The notes: generated by a model from the letters alone, not told the origin. Positions 17,899 to 27,439 are shown, counted from the stretch's first letter. The stretch is 64,000 nucleotides of DNA from Thermoproteota archaeon (GCA_020833005.1 JAJHRD010000002.1:70287-134286); one strand, 5' to 3'. Numbers and translations are program-made.

Positions 17899-19098
17899 TT
17901 GTCTAAGAAGATTGATGACATTTTCACAAGCATAATCCATTCACGAATATTCAAAAATAGAGAACTACTTAGACCAGACTATATACCAGATGAACTCCCA
18001 CATAGAGAGAAACAGATAATGGCTATTGCAAAGGTGCTTGCACCATTACTTCAAGATCAAAGACCATCAAACATGTTCCTATACGGATTAACTGGGACAG
18101 GTAAAACTGCCGTGGCAAAATATGTTTTGGAGAGAATTAAAGCTAGAAGGGAAGTTTCGGGGAGAATTCTAACAGCATACGTAAATTGCAGATATGAAGA
18201 CACAGATTACAGAGTACTTGCAACATTAAATGAGGCGATAGGGGTACATGTACCATTCACAGGATTAGCTACAGCGGAAGTATACAAGCGATTCTTGAAT
18301 GGATTAGATAAGAGGAAAGTATCTATGGTGGTTGTGTTAGATGAGATAGATGGACTAGTTAAGAAATGCGGAGATGAACTACTATACAAACTTACAAGGA
18401 TAAACACTGAACTCAAAAATAGCAAACTATGCGTAATAGGGATAACAAATGATCTGAAATTCACAGAGTTCCTAAGCGCCAGAGTTCTAAGCAGCCTTGG
18501 GGAGGAAGAAGTGGTTTTCCCACCATACACTGCACCAGAACTTGAAGACATACTTTTAAGAAGAGTGGAAAAGGCATTTAGAAGTGGAGTCTTGGAAGAT
18601 GGAGTAATACAGTTATGCGCGGCATTAGCTGCAAAAGAGCATGGAGACGCCAGGAGGGCATTGGAACTTTTGAGGATAGCTGGCGAAATAGCTGAGAGGA
18701 ATGGTCAAGACAAGGTAACCATAGAAAATGTGAAACAAGCATATAAGGAGATAGAGAAGGATAGAGTAATAGAAGCCATAACAAGCCTACCACTACACTC
18801 AAAAATCCTCCTACTATCAATATACACGTTGCAATTGGAGATGGGTAAGAGGGAAGCAACCACTGGGGAAATATATGATACATACAAAACATTCTGCGAG
18901 AAAATCAAGATAGACCCACTAACACAGAGGAGGATTGGAGACCTAATAAACGAGCTTGATACGCTAGGAATAATAAATGTGAAGTTAGTGAGTAGGGGGA
19001 GGTATGGAAGGACAAAGATAATAAAGATTGGTGTAAATGAGAAAAGCCTTAGAGAAGGATTATTAAGCGATGAAAAGATATCAAATTTGCTAAAGTAG
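17899..19098 (+). CDS. cdc6: Orc1/Cdc6 replication initiator
   Basis: 399 aa, TTG start. LPHREKQ, Walker A GLTGTGKTA, Walker B VVLDEID and a C-terminal winged helix. Confidence 0.95.
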   Translation: MSKKIDDIFTSIIHSRIFKNRELLRPDYIPDELPHREKQIMAIAKVLAPLLQDQRPSNMFLYGLTGTGKTAVAKYVLERIKARREVSGRILTAYVNCRYEDTDYRVLATLNEAIGVHVPFTGLATAEVYKRFLNGLDKRKVSMVVVLDEIDGLVKKCGDELLYKLTRINTELKNSKLCVIGITNDLKFTEFLSARVLSSLGEEEVVFPPYTAPELEDILLRRVEKAFRSGVLEDGVIQLCAALAAKEHGDARRALELLRIAGEIAERNGQDKVTIENVKQAYKEIEKDRVIEAITSLPLHSKILLLSIYTLQLEMGKREATTGEIYDTYKTFCEKIKIDPLTQRRIGDLINELDTLGIINVKLVSRGRYGRTKIIKIGVNEKSLREGLLSDEKISNLLK

Positions 19099-19680
19099 AT
19101 GGAAATGAAGATACTAACATTTGAAGATGGGAAATTTGTTGGAAAGGGGTTTGGGAAAACATTATTGATAGGTTTAAAGACAGAAGACACATTAATTGAA
19201 GACATCTACTTTAGGGAAATTGAAATTGATGGACTTGATGCAACTGAAAAAGCCATTGAAATAATAAATGAAGCAAAACCAATAGACATAATACTTCTAA
19301 ATGGAATATCCTACGCCGGATTCAACTTAATAGATGCTGAGAAAATATGGATTAACCTAAGAATACCATTAATAATATACACTAAGAAAAAGCCAGATAA
19401 TAAGAAGGTTATATCAGCATTAATAAAACATTTCCCAGATTGGCGTATAAGATGGGATATAATAAAAAACACTCTAAAAGCATCGAGAGGGATACATCAA
19501 GTAAAGATAAAAAGCCGTGAAAAACCAGTCTACATTGAAGTCATAGGGATAGACTTAGAGGAAGCAATAAAGATATTGAAGAATAACACCATATGGGGGA
19601 GAACACCGGAACCAATAAGAATAATAGAAATCATAGCTGAAGAATCATCAAAAATATACTTGCAAGTTAAAAATAAATAG
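19099..19680 (+). CDS. DUF99/UPF0215-family protein (endonuclease V-like fold)
   Basis: 193 aa. FEDGKF...IEIDGLDATEKAIEII...LLNGISYAGFNLID pattern recalled from UPF0215. The ATG directly follows the cdc6 stop codon. Confidence 0.6.
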   Translation: MEMKILTFEDGKFVGKGFGKTLLIGLKTEDTLIEDIYFREIEIDGLDATEKAIEIINEAKPIDIILLNGISYAGFNLIDAEKIWINLRIPLIIYTKKKPDNKKVISALIKHFPDWRIRWDIIKNTLKASRGIHQVKIKSREKPVYIEVIGIDLEEAIKILKNNTIWGRTPEPIRIIEIIAEESSKIYLQVKNK

Positions 19681-19706
19681 CAAAAATTAAATCTGAATTA
19701 TAGAAC

Positions 19707-19783
19707 GCCTCGGTAGCTCAGCTCGGTAGAGCGGCGGCCTTGTAAGCCGTTGGTCGCGGGTTCAAATCCCGCCCGAGGCTCCA
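19707..19783 (+). tRNA. tRNA-Thr (TGT), CCA encoded
   Basis: Acceptor GCCTCGG/CCGAGGC, anticodon loop ctTGTaa, T-arm GCGGG-TTCAAAT-CCCGC, then T + CCA. Confidence 0.9.
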
Positions 19784-19800
19784 TCCTCTTAAATTAAACT

Positions 19801-19823
19801 GTTTAGGTAAATTTTACCTAAAC
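19801..19823. repeat. 23-nt perfect palindrome (11-bp arms) just downstream of tRNA-Thr
   Basis: gtttaggtaaa-t-tttacctaaac, checked base by base. Confidence 0.9.
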
Positions 19824-19965
19824 TTGAAAGGCTATAAGTGGTTCTTCTTAAAATAATGTTGTCCGGGTATGGCTAATGGGAATGAAATTCAAAATAAACT
19901 TTCCTATTAACATTTCATAATCCCTCATTAGAATGACCTAAAAATGTTGAAGTGGATATTAGAAC

Positions 19966-20403
19966 TTAGTCTTTACTTTCAGCAAGCCTTTTAATGAGGT
20001 CCAAGACTTTCTCTTTTATTGCATCTCTGATTTTCCTAGCTTCATCAAGCGGCATATTTGCTGGGTCAGGCATATTCCACTCCTCAACATATCTGGAGTA
20101 TACTATGGGGCAAAGGGCACCACTACACACGATTACTGCTACATCAGCCTTTTCCTGAAGCTCCCTAGTAATCATTTGTGGTTTTTTATGGCTTATGTCT
20201 ATGCCTTCCTCAAGCATTAGCCTTACAGCATTTGGATGAACTTTATCTGCTGGTTTTATTCCAGCACTTATGGCAGTCCAGCCTTTAGGAGCATACTTGT
20301 TAAAGTAAGCTTCAGCAATTTGACTTCTAAAACTATTTTCAACACATACAAATAAAACGGTTTTCAAGTCTATCCATCTCCCCTCAATATTCCCGGGAAT
20401 CAC
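19966..20403 (-). CDS. arsC: Low-molecular-weight phosphatase family protein (ArsC-type arsenate reductase / LMW-PTP)
   Basis: CX5R(S) P-loop VLFVCVENSFRSQIAEAYF, plus a downstream Cys pair (VIVCSGALCP). Confidence 0.7.
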   Translation of the reverse strand: MIPGNIEGRWIDLKTVLFVCVENSFRSQIAEAYFNKYAPKGWTAISAGIKPADKVHPNAVRLMLEEGIDISHKKPQMITRELQEKADVAVIVCSGALCPIVYSRYVEEWNMPDPANMPLDEARKIRDAIKEKVLDLIKRLAESKD

Positions 20404-20463
20404 ATATAACTATGGCATTATGGGATAAAAATTTATTTCTAACATTACAATACTTTAAATGTT

Positions 20464-20537
20464 GGGCCGGTAGCTCAGCCTGGAAGAGCATCCGCTTGGC
20501 ATGCGGGGGGTCGCGGGTTCAAATCCCGCCCGGTCCA
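20464..20537 (+). tRNA. tRNA-Ala (GGC)
   Basis: Acceptor GGGCCGG/CCGGTCC with the G3:U70 identity pair. Anticodon loop ttGGCat, T-arm GCGGG-TTCAAAT-CCCGC. Confidence 0.9.
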
Positions 20538-20651
20538 CTACAGTTAAAAATGTTTATGTAATAGATTTGTTGAGATAATTGTGAAATGATGTGAAGAGGG
20601 TCAATGAGGGGGGAACCGATGATTTACGCTGGAAACACTGATCATATAATG

Positions 20652-21362
20652 TTAGACCGTGGAGTATAGGTTCATTTCAATCTCATAATCATGTACAACC
20701 ATTGCGGCTACAACCCATGCATCTAGAGTTTCAGGGTATATTGAGAATTTTACATCGGCCAACTTCAAGTTTTCCTCTGAAAACTCCCCCTCCTGAAATC
20801 CTCCTATAATGACTGCTGGATTATCCTCTTTGACAAGCATTTTCGCTAGATCATTTGGATGTATTCTTTCACCAGCAGAAGTTAATAGTATGGTTTTAGA
20901 TGGGCGAATACTGTTAATTAGATTTGACAAATTGCAAGCCTTAATTGTCATTAGAGGAGTATCACTATTGGGTGGAACTCTTCCAACTTTAAACAATTGC
21001 TCCATTAAACCCACAAATCTATTATAATTCCTTGGTAGGCGGATGGATGGGTGAAAAGTTATGACCATATCATTTATTGTATGAACATACACCTTCACTA
21101 ACCCCCTCTTGCTTGCAGGAAAACCTAAAACATTAAGCAGTATTAAATGTGTTATATCAGGTCTGCCACGTTTCCAAAAATCCTTTAGCGATTTCATAGC
21201 CCAATAATGTTTGGAAATATCTAAGAGAAGTTCAAAACTCTTCTTCCCCCTCCTCTTAGCATCCTTCACCACAGCTGGATGATCACTTATCTCCCTAGGG
21301 ATAAGTTCCAAAGCTGCCTCTCCAACAATTAAGTTAAGATGATTATGCAAAATGAAGAACAC
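20652..21362 (-). CDS. nep1: Ribosomal RNA small subunit pseudouridine methyltransferase Nep1 (SPOUT)
   Basis: LIVGEAALELIP... and RGRPDITH motifs, typical of Nep1/Emg1. Confidence 0.85.
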   Translation of the reverse strand: MFFILHNHLNLIVGEAALELIPREISDHPAVVKDAKRRGKKSFELLLDISKHYWAMKSLKDFWKRGRPDITHLILLNVLGFPASKRGLVKVYVHTINDMVITFHPSIRLPRNYNRFVGLMEQLFKVGRVPPNSDTPLMTIKACNLSNLINSIRPSKTILLTSAGERIHPNDLAKMLVKEDNPAVIIGGFQEGEFSEENLKLADVKFSIYPETLDAWVVAAMVVHDYEIEMNLYSTV

Positions 21363-21397
21363 CCAATTTAAATATAACCATTAAATCTATTAATTTA

Positions 21398-21706
21398 ATG
21401 CGGAGGATCATACGTGAGATAGGCAGAGAACGCATAGACAAATTATTCAGAATGGCGGAAAAAGTATTTCACGAAAACCCTGAGCTGGCAGATAGGTATG
21501 TGGAGATTGCCCGTAAAATAAGTATGAAAGTCAGAATAAGAATACCGACAAAATGGAGACGTAGATTTTGTCATAAATGCTACACATTCCTAGTTCCAGG
21601 AGTAAACTGCCACGTTAGAATTAGAAGTAGGAGGAGTACGCATATAGTAGTAACATGCCATAAATGTGGAAATAAAATGAGATATATAGTAAAGAGGGGG
21701 AAGTAG
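21398..21706 (+). CDS. rnp4: RNase P protein component 4 (Rpp21/Rnp4)
   Basis: 102 aa. RYVEIARKISMKVRIRIP and a Zn ribbon (CHKC...CHKCG). Confidence 0.85.
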   Translation: MRRIIREIGRERIDKLFRMAEKVFHENPELADRYVEIARKISMKVRIRIPTKWRRRFCHKCYTFLVPGVNCHVRIRSRRSTHIVVTCHKCGNKMRYIVKRGK

Positions 21707-21760
21707 AGGGATACCAGTGAAAAATATTTATTGCAACATCCACTTATTCTATTGATATTA

Positions 21761-22042
21761 ATGGGTAGTGAAAAACGCAAGATCAAATCACTCATAATTA
21801 GAAATGAAATTCCAAAGATAAATGTGGGTAAAAGTGGGTTGACGGAAGCCGTTACGAAGGAGATAGATAGACAACTAGATGAACATGAATTTGTGAAGGT
21901 AAAATTACTCAAGAATTCACCATTAATAGAAGAAGCTGATGTAAAGGAGATAGCTAAAGAGCTGGCTTCATCACTAAAAGCGGAAGTTATAGACGTTAGA
22001 GGGAGAACAATAACATTATATAGAAAATGGAAAAGCAAATAA
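21761..22042 (+). CDS. YhbY/CRM-domain RNA-binding protein
   Basis: INVGKSGLTEAVTKEIDRQLDEHEFVKVKLL pattern. ATG 21761 preferred over the track's TTG 21731. Confidence 0.7.
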   Translation: MGSEKRKIKSLIIRNEIPKINVGKSGLTEAVTKEIDRQLDEHEFVKVKLLKNSPLIEEADVKEIAKELASSLKAEVIDVRGRTITLYRKWKSK

Positions 22043-22097
22043 TTTATAATAGATAATACGATTTGAAAAGTAGTTTAACAAAATTTGGTGACGGACA

Positions 22098-22562
22098 TTG
22101 GTTTCACCAAAAACAGTTCCAGCAAATAGATTGATTAAAGAGTTAGCTGAGATTATAAAAGAAAATTACCCACAAATAAAACCGCCAACATGGGCACAAT
22201 ACGTGAAAACAGGAAGCCATAGGGAGAGAATCCCCGATAACCCAGATTGGTGGTATATCCGTGCTGCAGCAATACTTAGAAAAATATATTTAAAGGGTGG
22301 AGTGGGGGTGGAGAGGCTTAGAACAGCCTTTGGCGGAAGGAAGCAGAATGGAACGAAGAAATGCCACTTCAGGAAGGGAGGAGGTAAAATTATTAGAGAG
22401 ATAATGCAACAATTGGAGGATGCAAAACTTGTGAAGAAGGTTGAAGGAAAGGGGAGAACTCTAACTCCCGAAGCTCTCTCACTCCTATACACAACATCGA
22501 ACAAAATATTTAGAAGTCTTATGAAAGAAAATCCTGAACTCAAAAAATACGTTATCGCATAA
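22098..22562 (+). CDS. rps19e: 30S ribosomal protein S19e
   Basis: PTWAQYVKTGSHRERIPDNPDWWYIRAAAILRKIY is a diagnostic S19e sequence. TTG start. Confidence 0.9.
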   Translation: MVSPKTVPANRLIKELAEIIKENYPQIKPPTWAQYVKTGSHRERIPDNPDWWYIRAAAILRKIYLKGGVGVERLRTAFGGRKQNGTKKCHFRKGGGKIIREIMQQLEDAKLVKKVEGKGRTLTPEALSLLYTTSNKIFRSLMKENPELKKYVIA

Positions 22563-22578
22563 ATGAGGTGAAGGTAAT

Positions 22579-22929
22579 ATGGCAAATGAGGGAGGTGAAG
22601 AAGAGGGATATGATGAAGAATTAGAGGAAATTAGACGTAAAAGAATGGCGGAATTAAAAAGACAAATAGAGGAAGCTAGAAAGAGGGAGGCAATAGAGGC
22701 AGCTAAACAAGAGGCTTTAAGGAGAATACTTACCCCAGAAGCTAGAAGTAGACTTGCAAATTTAAAAATGGTTAAACCAGAGATAGTTGAGCAAATAGAA
22801 TTACAATTAATACAATTAGCTCAAAGTGGAAGAATTCAAGTACCAATAACCGATGAGCAATTGAAAGAAATATTAAGTAGAGTGATTAGTAGAAGACCAA
22901 CTAAAATTATATGGAAAAGGGGGGAGTAA
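22579..22929 (+). CDS. PDCD5/TFAR19-family DNA-binding protein
   Basis: [20 protein letters not shown]...[10 protein letters not shown] pattern. Conserved position between S19e and L39e. Confidence 0.8.
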   Translation: MANEGGEEEGYDEELEEIRRKRMAELKRQIEEARKREAIEAAKQEALRRILTPEARSRLANLKMVKPEIVEQIELQLIQLAQSGRIQVPITDEQLKEILSRVISRRPTKIIWKRGE

Positions 22930-22931
22930 GT

Positions 22932-23087
22932 TTGGCGAGAAATAAACATTTAGCTAGAAAACTTAGATTGGCCCATGCAAATAAGCAAAACTCCCCAGTC
23001 CCATTATGGGTTATTATAAAAACCATGGGTAAGTTTAGGAGACACCCAAAACTCAGACATTGGCGTCAAACAAAATTGAAAGTGTAG
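22932..23087 (+). CDS. rpl39e: 50S ribosomal protein L39e (not in the ORF track, 51 aa)
   Basis: Hand translation from TTG 22932: (M)[50 protein letters not shown]. Confidence 0.8.
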   Translation: MARNKHLARKLRLAHANKQNSPVPLWVIIKTMGKFRRHPKLRHWRQTKLKV

Positions 23088-23097
23088 GGGGATTAGA

Positions 23098-23388
23098 ATG
23101 AGTAAAAGTGGTGAAAAAAAGGAGGATATAGTCCTAGAACGAATATACACAATACCACTAAAAATAGCCTATTATGTACCTAGAGGTAAAAGAACCCCAC
23201 GTGCAGTTAGATTTTTAAAGGAATTCATAATGAAGCATATGAAAACTGATAAAGTGATCATAACCCCAGAAGTAAATGAAATCCTATGGTCAAGAGGCAT
23301 ACAAAAACCCCCAAGAAGGATAAGGGTAAGAGTGACCAAGAATTCAGAGGGGGAGGTAAAGGTATACCCATTTATGGAAAAAGAGTAG
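23098..23388 (+). CDS. rpl31e: 50S ribosomal protein L31e
   Basis: ERIYTIPLK...PRGKRTPRAVRFLKEFI...EVNEILWSRGIQKPPRRIRVRV. Confidence 0.9.
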   Translation: MSKSGEKKEDIVLERIYTIPLKIAYYVPRGKRTPRAVRFLKEFIMKHMKTDKVIITPEVNEILWSRGIQKPPRRIRVRVTKNSEGEVKVYPFMEKE

Positions 23389-23401
23389 GGGTAAAAACAA
23401 T

Positions 23402-24079
23402 TTGATAGAGAGACTATCGGTTTATGGAAGTAATAATATAGGGGTTTTCTTCTCAGCATCAGATAAGTATGTTCTAACACCATCAAATATACCAGTAAAG
23501 ATAATGAAGATAGTTGAAGAAGTATTAGGGGTAAAAACAGTACAAATAAACTTATGCAACTCAGTACTCCTAGGAGTATTAACTGTTGGAAACTCCAACG
23601 GGATACTTGTACCATACTATACACCACAAGAAGAAATTGAATATTTAAGAAGGGAGCTAAAGGAGCTAGGAGTAAACATTGAACCATTCCCAAGCAAGAT
23701 AACAGCACTTGGAAACATAATACTCACAAACGATTATGCCTCAATAGTAAGTCCAGACCTAAATAGAGAAGAAATTAAATGTATAAGGGATGTATTAGGT
23801 GTTGAAGTTGAAAAGTACACGATAGCAGGATATAAAGTGGTGGGATCTGTTGGAGTAGCAAGTAATAAGGGGTGCATAGTTCATCCAATGACCACTGAAG
23901 AGGAACTAAAAAATATAAGTGAGATATTAAAAGTTAAGGTGGATGTAGGAACAGTGAATGCAGGATTCCCCATAGTGGGGGTAGGGATAGTGGCCAACTC
24001 CAAAGGAATACTGGTTGGAAGCTCATCCACAGGACCGGAAATAGCACAAATAGAAAGAGTTTTGGGAGGGATGATATGA
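23402..24079 (+). CDS. eif6: Translation initiation factor 6 (aIF6)
   Basis: 225 aa, TTG start. Pentein-repeat sequence (GSNNIGVF...; NSNGILVP...; ASNKGCIVHP...; ANSKGILVG). Confidence 0.9.
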   Translation: MIERLSVYGSNNIGVFFSASDKYVLTPSNIPVKIMKIVEEVLGVKTVQINLCNSVLLGVLTVGNSNGILVPYYTPQEEIEYLRRELKELGVNIEPFPSKITALGNIILTNDYASIVSPDLNREEIKCIRDVLGVEVEKYTIAGYKVVGSVGVASNKGCIVHPMTTEEELKNISEILKVKVDVGTVNAGFPIVGVGIVANSKGILVGSSSTGPEIAQIERVLGGMI

Positions 24080-24080
24080 T

Positions 24081-24332
24081 ATGAGTGTGAAAATATATAG
24101 GGTAAGTGGCGAAGTAATTCTGAGAAATGGAGCTAACATGAAATTCACATTAGACATACCTGGATTGAAGCCTGAAGAAGCAATTGAAAGAGTCTATTCA
24201 AATTTAAGTGGAATACATAGAGTGAAAAGGGGGAATGTAAGGATTAAAAACATAGAAGTAATAAATCCAAAAGATACAAAAAATAGTTTGATACAAGTTT
24301 TATGGAGAGAGAAGATAAATGAAGAAGATTGA
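24081..24332 (+). CDS. rplX: 50S ribosomal protein LX (L18Ae/L20A family)
   Basis: 83 aa. KIYRVSGEV...FTLDIPGLKPEEAIERVYSNLSGIHRVKR pattern and conserved position after aIF6. Confidence 0.8.
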   Translation: MSVKIYRVSGEVILRNGANMKFTLDIPGLKPEEAIERVYSNLSGIHRVKRGNVRIKNIEVINPKDTKNSLIQVLWREKINEED

Positions 24333-24765
24333 TCGAAAAGAGGTTGAAGAAGAAGTTGGCAGACTATACGCACAGATAACCACACTAAATTCAATAGCAG
24401 ACGCATTAAAGGAGCAGAGTGAAATCTTACAAAGACAGATAATAGACACCCAACTCGCGCTGGAAACTTTAAATGAAATAAGTAAACTGGAAAAAAATCA
24501 TAAAGTTATACTGCCACTAGGATCACAAATAATGGTTGATGCAGTAATAGTGGACAATGAAAATGCATATGTAAACGTAGGCTCCAACATAATAATCAAA
24601 AAACCAAATAAAGAGGTAATAGAAATACTTGAGAAGAGAATGGAAGCCCTACAAAAACAGCAAATGGAAATACAGCAGAAATTAACAGAAACATTAAGTG
24701 GAATAGAATACTTACAAAATCAATTAAACACATTAATACAACAATTGAGAGAAAAAGGCACTTAA
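24319..24765 (+). CDS. pfdA: Prefoldin alpha subunit
   Basis: 148 aa with two coiled coils flanking a beta-hairpin region (ILPLGSQIMVDAVIVDNENAYVNVGSNIIIKK). Confidence 0.8.
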   Translation: MKKIDRKEVEEEVGRLYAQITTLNSIADALKEQSEILQRQIIDTQLALETLNEISKLEKNHKVILPLGSQIMVDAVIVDNENAYVNVGSNIIIKKPNKEVIEILEKRMEALQKQQMEIQQKLTETLSGIEYLQNQLNTLIQQLREKGT

Positions 24766-24777
24766 GGATGATGAATA

Positions 24778-25686
24778 TTGTTCAGCAAACTCAAAAACGC
24801 AATAAAACAAATAATTGAAATAGTATCCACAAAGACACTATCAAAGGAAGAATTAGAACCAATACTATTCGAGTGGAAAATGCAATTAGTAAGCTGTGAT
24901 GTAGCATATACAGTTGCAGAATACTTGGAGAAGAGAATACTTGAAACATTGACAGGCTCAAAAATCCCAAGAAACGAAGACCCAGCAACGAGGGTAAGGG
25001 AGTGTATAAAGAAAGCAATAATGGATATACTTGTAGAAGCAGGGGAAATGGATTTAGAAGAGGAAATTAGTAGGAGGATTAGAAGTGGAGAAACACCAGT
25101 AAAAATAGTCTTCGTAGGAGTAAATGGTAGCGGTAAAACTACCACCATAGCAAAACTTGCATTCAAACTTAAAGAGAAGAATATAAACTCTGTTCTCGCA
25201 TGTAGCGACACATTTAGAGCTGGAGCTGAGGAGCAACTGGCTATACACGCAAATAGAATTGGAGTGAAAATGATAAAACACACCTACGGAGCAGATCCAG
25301 CGGCAGTAGCTTATGATGCTGTGAAATATGCACAAGCACATAAAATACCAGTAGTACTAATAGACACAGCTGGAAGAATGCATACAGACAAAGATCTAAT
25401 GATGGAATTAACAAAGATAATTAGAGTCATCAACGCAGACTACACAATATTCATTGGAGATGCACTAACAGGCAATGATGCACTAAACCAAGCAGAAACC
25501 TTCAACAAATATGTGGGTATAAGTGGATCAATAATAACGAAGGTGGATGCAGATGTAAGAGGCGGAGTAGCCCTATCAATAATGTTTGCAACAAAGAAAC
25601 CAATACTATACATTGGAACAGGACAAAAATACACAGATTTAGTTAAATTCGATGGAAACTGGTTAATACAAAAAATAGTAGAATAA
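24778..25686 (+). CDS. ftsY: Signal recognition particle receptor FtsY
   Basis: SRP GTPase NG domain (GVNGSGKTTTIAKLA, DTAGR, TKVD). TTG start checked against frame. Confidence 0.9.
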   Translation: MFSKLKNAIKQIIEIVSTKTLSKEELEPILFEWKMQLVSCDVAYTVAEYLEKRILETLTGSKIPRNEDPATRVRECIKKAIMDILVEAGEMDLEEEISRRIRSGETPVKIVFVGVNGSGKTTTIAKLAFKLKEKNINSVLACSDTFRAGAEEQLAIHANRIGVKMIKHTYGADPAAVAYDAVKYAQAHKIPVVLIDTAGRMHTDKDLMMELTKIIRVINADYTIFIGDALTGNDALNQAETFNKYVGISGSIITKVDADVRGGVALSIMFATKKPILYIGTGQKYTDLVKFDGNWLIQKIVE

Positions 25687-25747
25687 ATTAACATCGAAAA
25701 ATAAACAATTTTATATTACAAAACAACACTAAATAGCTACAGAGAAC

Positions 25748-26677
25748 ATGTCACTCAAAGGTAGAGACCTCTTAACATTACAAGAATTCACAACCGAGGA
25801 ATTATGGAAACTATTAAAATTAGCAGAAAAGATGAAGATGGAATATTACTCTGGGGAGAGAGTAAAGGAAGTTTTGAAGGGGAAAACTTTAGCAATGATA
25901 TTTCAGAAACCATCAACAAGGACAAGAGTATCCTTCGAAGTGGCAATGCATCAATTGGGTGGAAAAGCATTATACCTAAGCTGGAATGAACTACAACTTG
26001 GTAGGGGGGAAACAATAAGCGATACAGCAAAAGTCCTCAGTAGATATGTGGATGGTATTATGGCAAGGGTATATAGGCACATAGACCTAGAAGAGATGGC
26101 CAGAGCAGCCACAATACCAGTAATAAATGGTTTAAGCGATCTACATCACCCATGCCAAGCACTATCAGATGTATTTACAATGTACGAGAAGAAGGGGTAT
26201 TTAAAGGGGATTAGAGTAGCATTCATTGGAGATGGCTCAAACAACGTATGTAGCTCACTAATAATAGCATCCACAAAATTTGGAATACATGTAAACGTAG
26301 CATCACCAAAGGACTACATGCCCAGACAAGATGTAATGAAAATAGCTGAAATAAACTCCATTGAAAGCGGATCCACAGTAAACTTGTATACATCACCGGA
26401 GGAAGCTGTGAAAAATGTGGACTTCATATACACAGACGTATGGGTAAGCATGGGACAAGAGGAGGAGAGTGAGAAAAGGATGAAAGTATTCGCACCATAC
26501 CAAGTGAATAAAAAATTGTTGTCATATTCTCCAAAGGCAATGGTGATGCACTGCTTACCAGCACACCGCGGCTTAGAAATAACTGATGAAGTCATTGATT
26601 CAGAAAACTCAATAGTTTGGGATCAAGCTGAAAACAGGCTACATGTACAAAAAGCAATACTAGCATCACTACTATAA
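25748..26677 (+). CDS. argF: Ornithine carbamoyltransferase
   Basis: STRTR, HPCQALSD, TDVWVSMGQE and HCLPAHRGLE motifs. These indicate an OTC-type rather than ATCase-type enzyme. Confidence 0.85.
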   Translation: MSLKGRDLLTLQEFTTEELWKLLKLAEKMKMEYYSGERVKEVLKGKTLAMIFQKPSTRTRVSFEVAMHQLGGKALYLSWNELQLGRGETISDTAKVLSRYVDGIMARVYRHIDLEEMARAATIPVINGLSDLHHPCQALSDVFTMYEKKGYLKGIRVAFIGDGSNNVCSSLIIASTKFGIHVNVASPKDYMPRQDVMKIAEINSIESGSTVNLYTSPEEAVKNVDFIYTDVWVSMGQEEESEKRMKVFAPYQVNKKLLSYSPKAMVMHCLPAHRGLEITDEVIDSENSIVWDQAENRLHVQKAILASLL

Positions 26678-26740
26678 TGCAAAAACCAACAACAATTTTA
26701 TATGATAAAGATTCCCCTTAAATCTAGAGGCGTGAACGTG

Positions 26741-26911
26741 ATGAGCAGCTTCAGAGAATCCATTAAAAGGATCATAAGACTATCTAGGAAACCAACATGG
26801 GAAGAATACTCATTAACCATAAGAATATGCATACTAGGACTTCTGATACTCGGTGGATATGGATTCATAATACAGTTAATATCACTAGTTTTACAAGCAT
26901 TACCAAGGTGA
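26741..26911 (+). CDS. secE: Protein translocase subunit SecE (Sec61-gamma)
   Basis: Short protein with RLSRKPTWEEY followed by a single TM helix. Conserved position upstream of nusG. ATG 26741 preferred over ATG 26702. Confidence 0.7.
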   Translation: MSSFRESIKRIIRLSRKPTWEEYSLTIRICILGLLILGGYGFIIQLISLVLQALPR

Positions 26912-26915
26912 AAAT

Positions 26916-27359
26916 ATGGCGCCATACTACACTATTAGAACAACCGCTGGACAAGAAAACAATGTTGCATTACTAATAGAAGCAAGAGCAAAAGCTGCAG
27001 ATATGGGGGTACTCTCAATAATAGTGCCAAAAGACATCAATGGATTCATATTCATAGAAGTAACTCATGCCACGAAAATAATGAATGCAATAAGTGGAAT
27101 AAGACATGTAAAGGGGTGGATTCCAGGAGTTGTAAACATAGAGGAAATAGAGAAATTTCTAATTCAAAAACCACCACTAGAAGGATTAAATGTGGGAGAT
27201 ATCGTTGAGATAGTAAGTGGCCCATTCAGAGGTATGACTGGTAAAATAACAAAGATAAATGCGGAGAAAGAGGAAGTGACATTGGAATTATTGGAGGTAA
27301 CGTATACATTGCCAATAACAATAAATGCTGATGCCGTAAGGAAAGCTTCAAAAACTTAA
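26916..27359 (+). CDS. nusG: Transcription elongation factor Spt5/NusG
   Basis: NGN domain (YYTIRTTAGQE...) plus KOW (GDIVEIVSGPFRGMTGKITKI). Confidence 0.9.
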   Translation: MAPYYTIRTTAGQENNVALLIEARAKAADMGVLSIIVPKDINGFIFIEVTHATKIMNAISGIRHVKGWIPGVVNIEEIEKFLIQKPPLEGLNVGDIVEIVSGPFRGMTGKITKINAEKEEVTLELLEVTYTLPITINADAVRKASKT

Positions 27360-27439
27360 ATTCATAGGAGGAGACAAACAGTATTTAAGAAAAGTATAAT
27401 AGAGAGAGATTATTGGATAAACATTAGCAAAGTAAGTAT

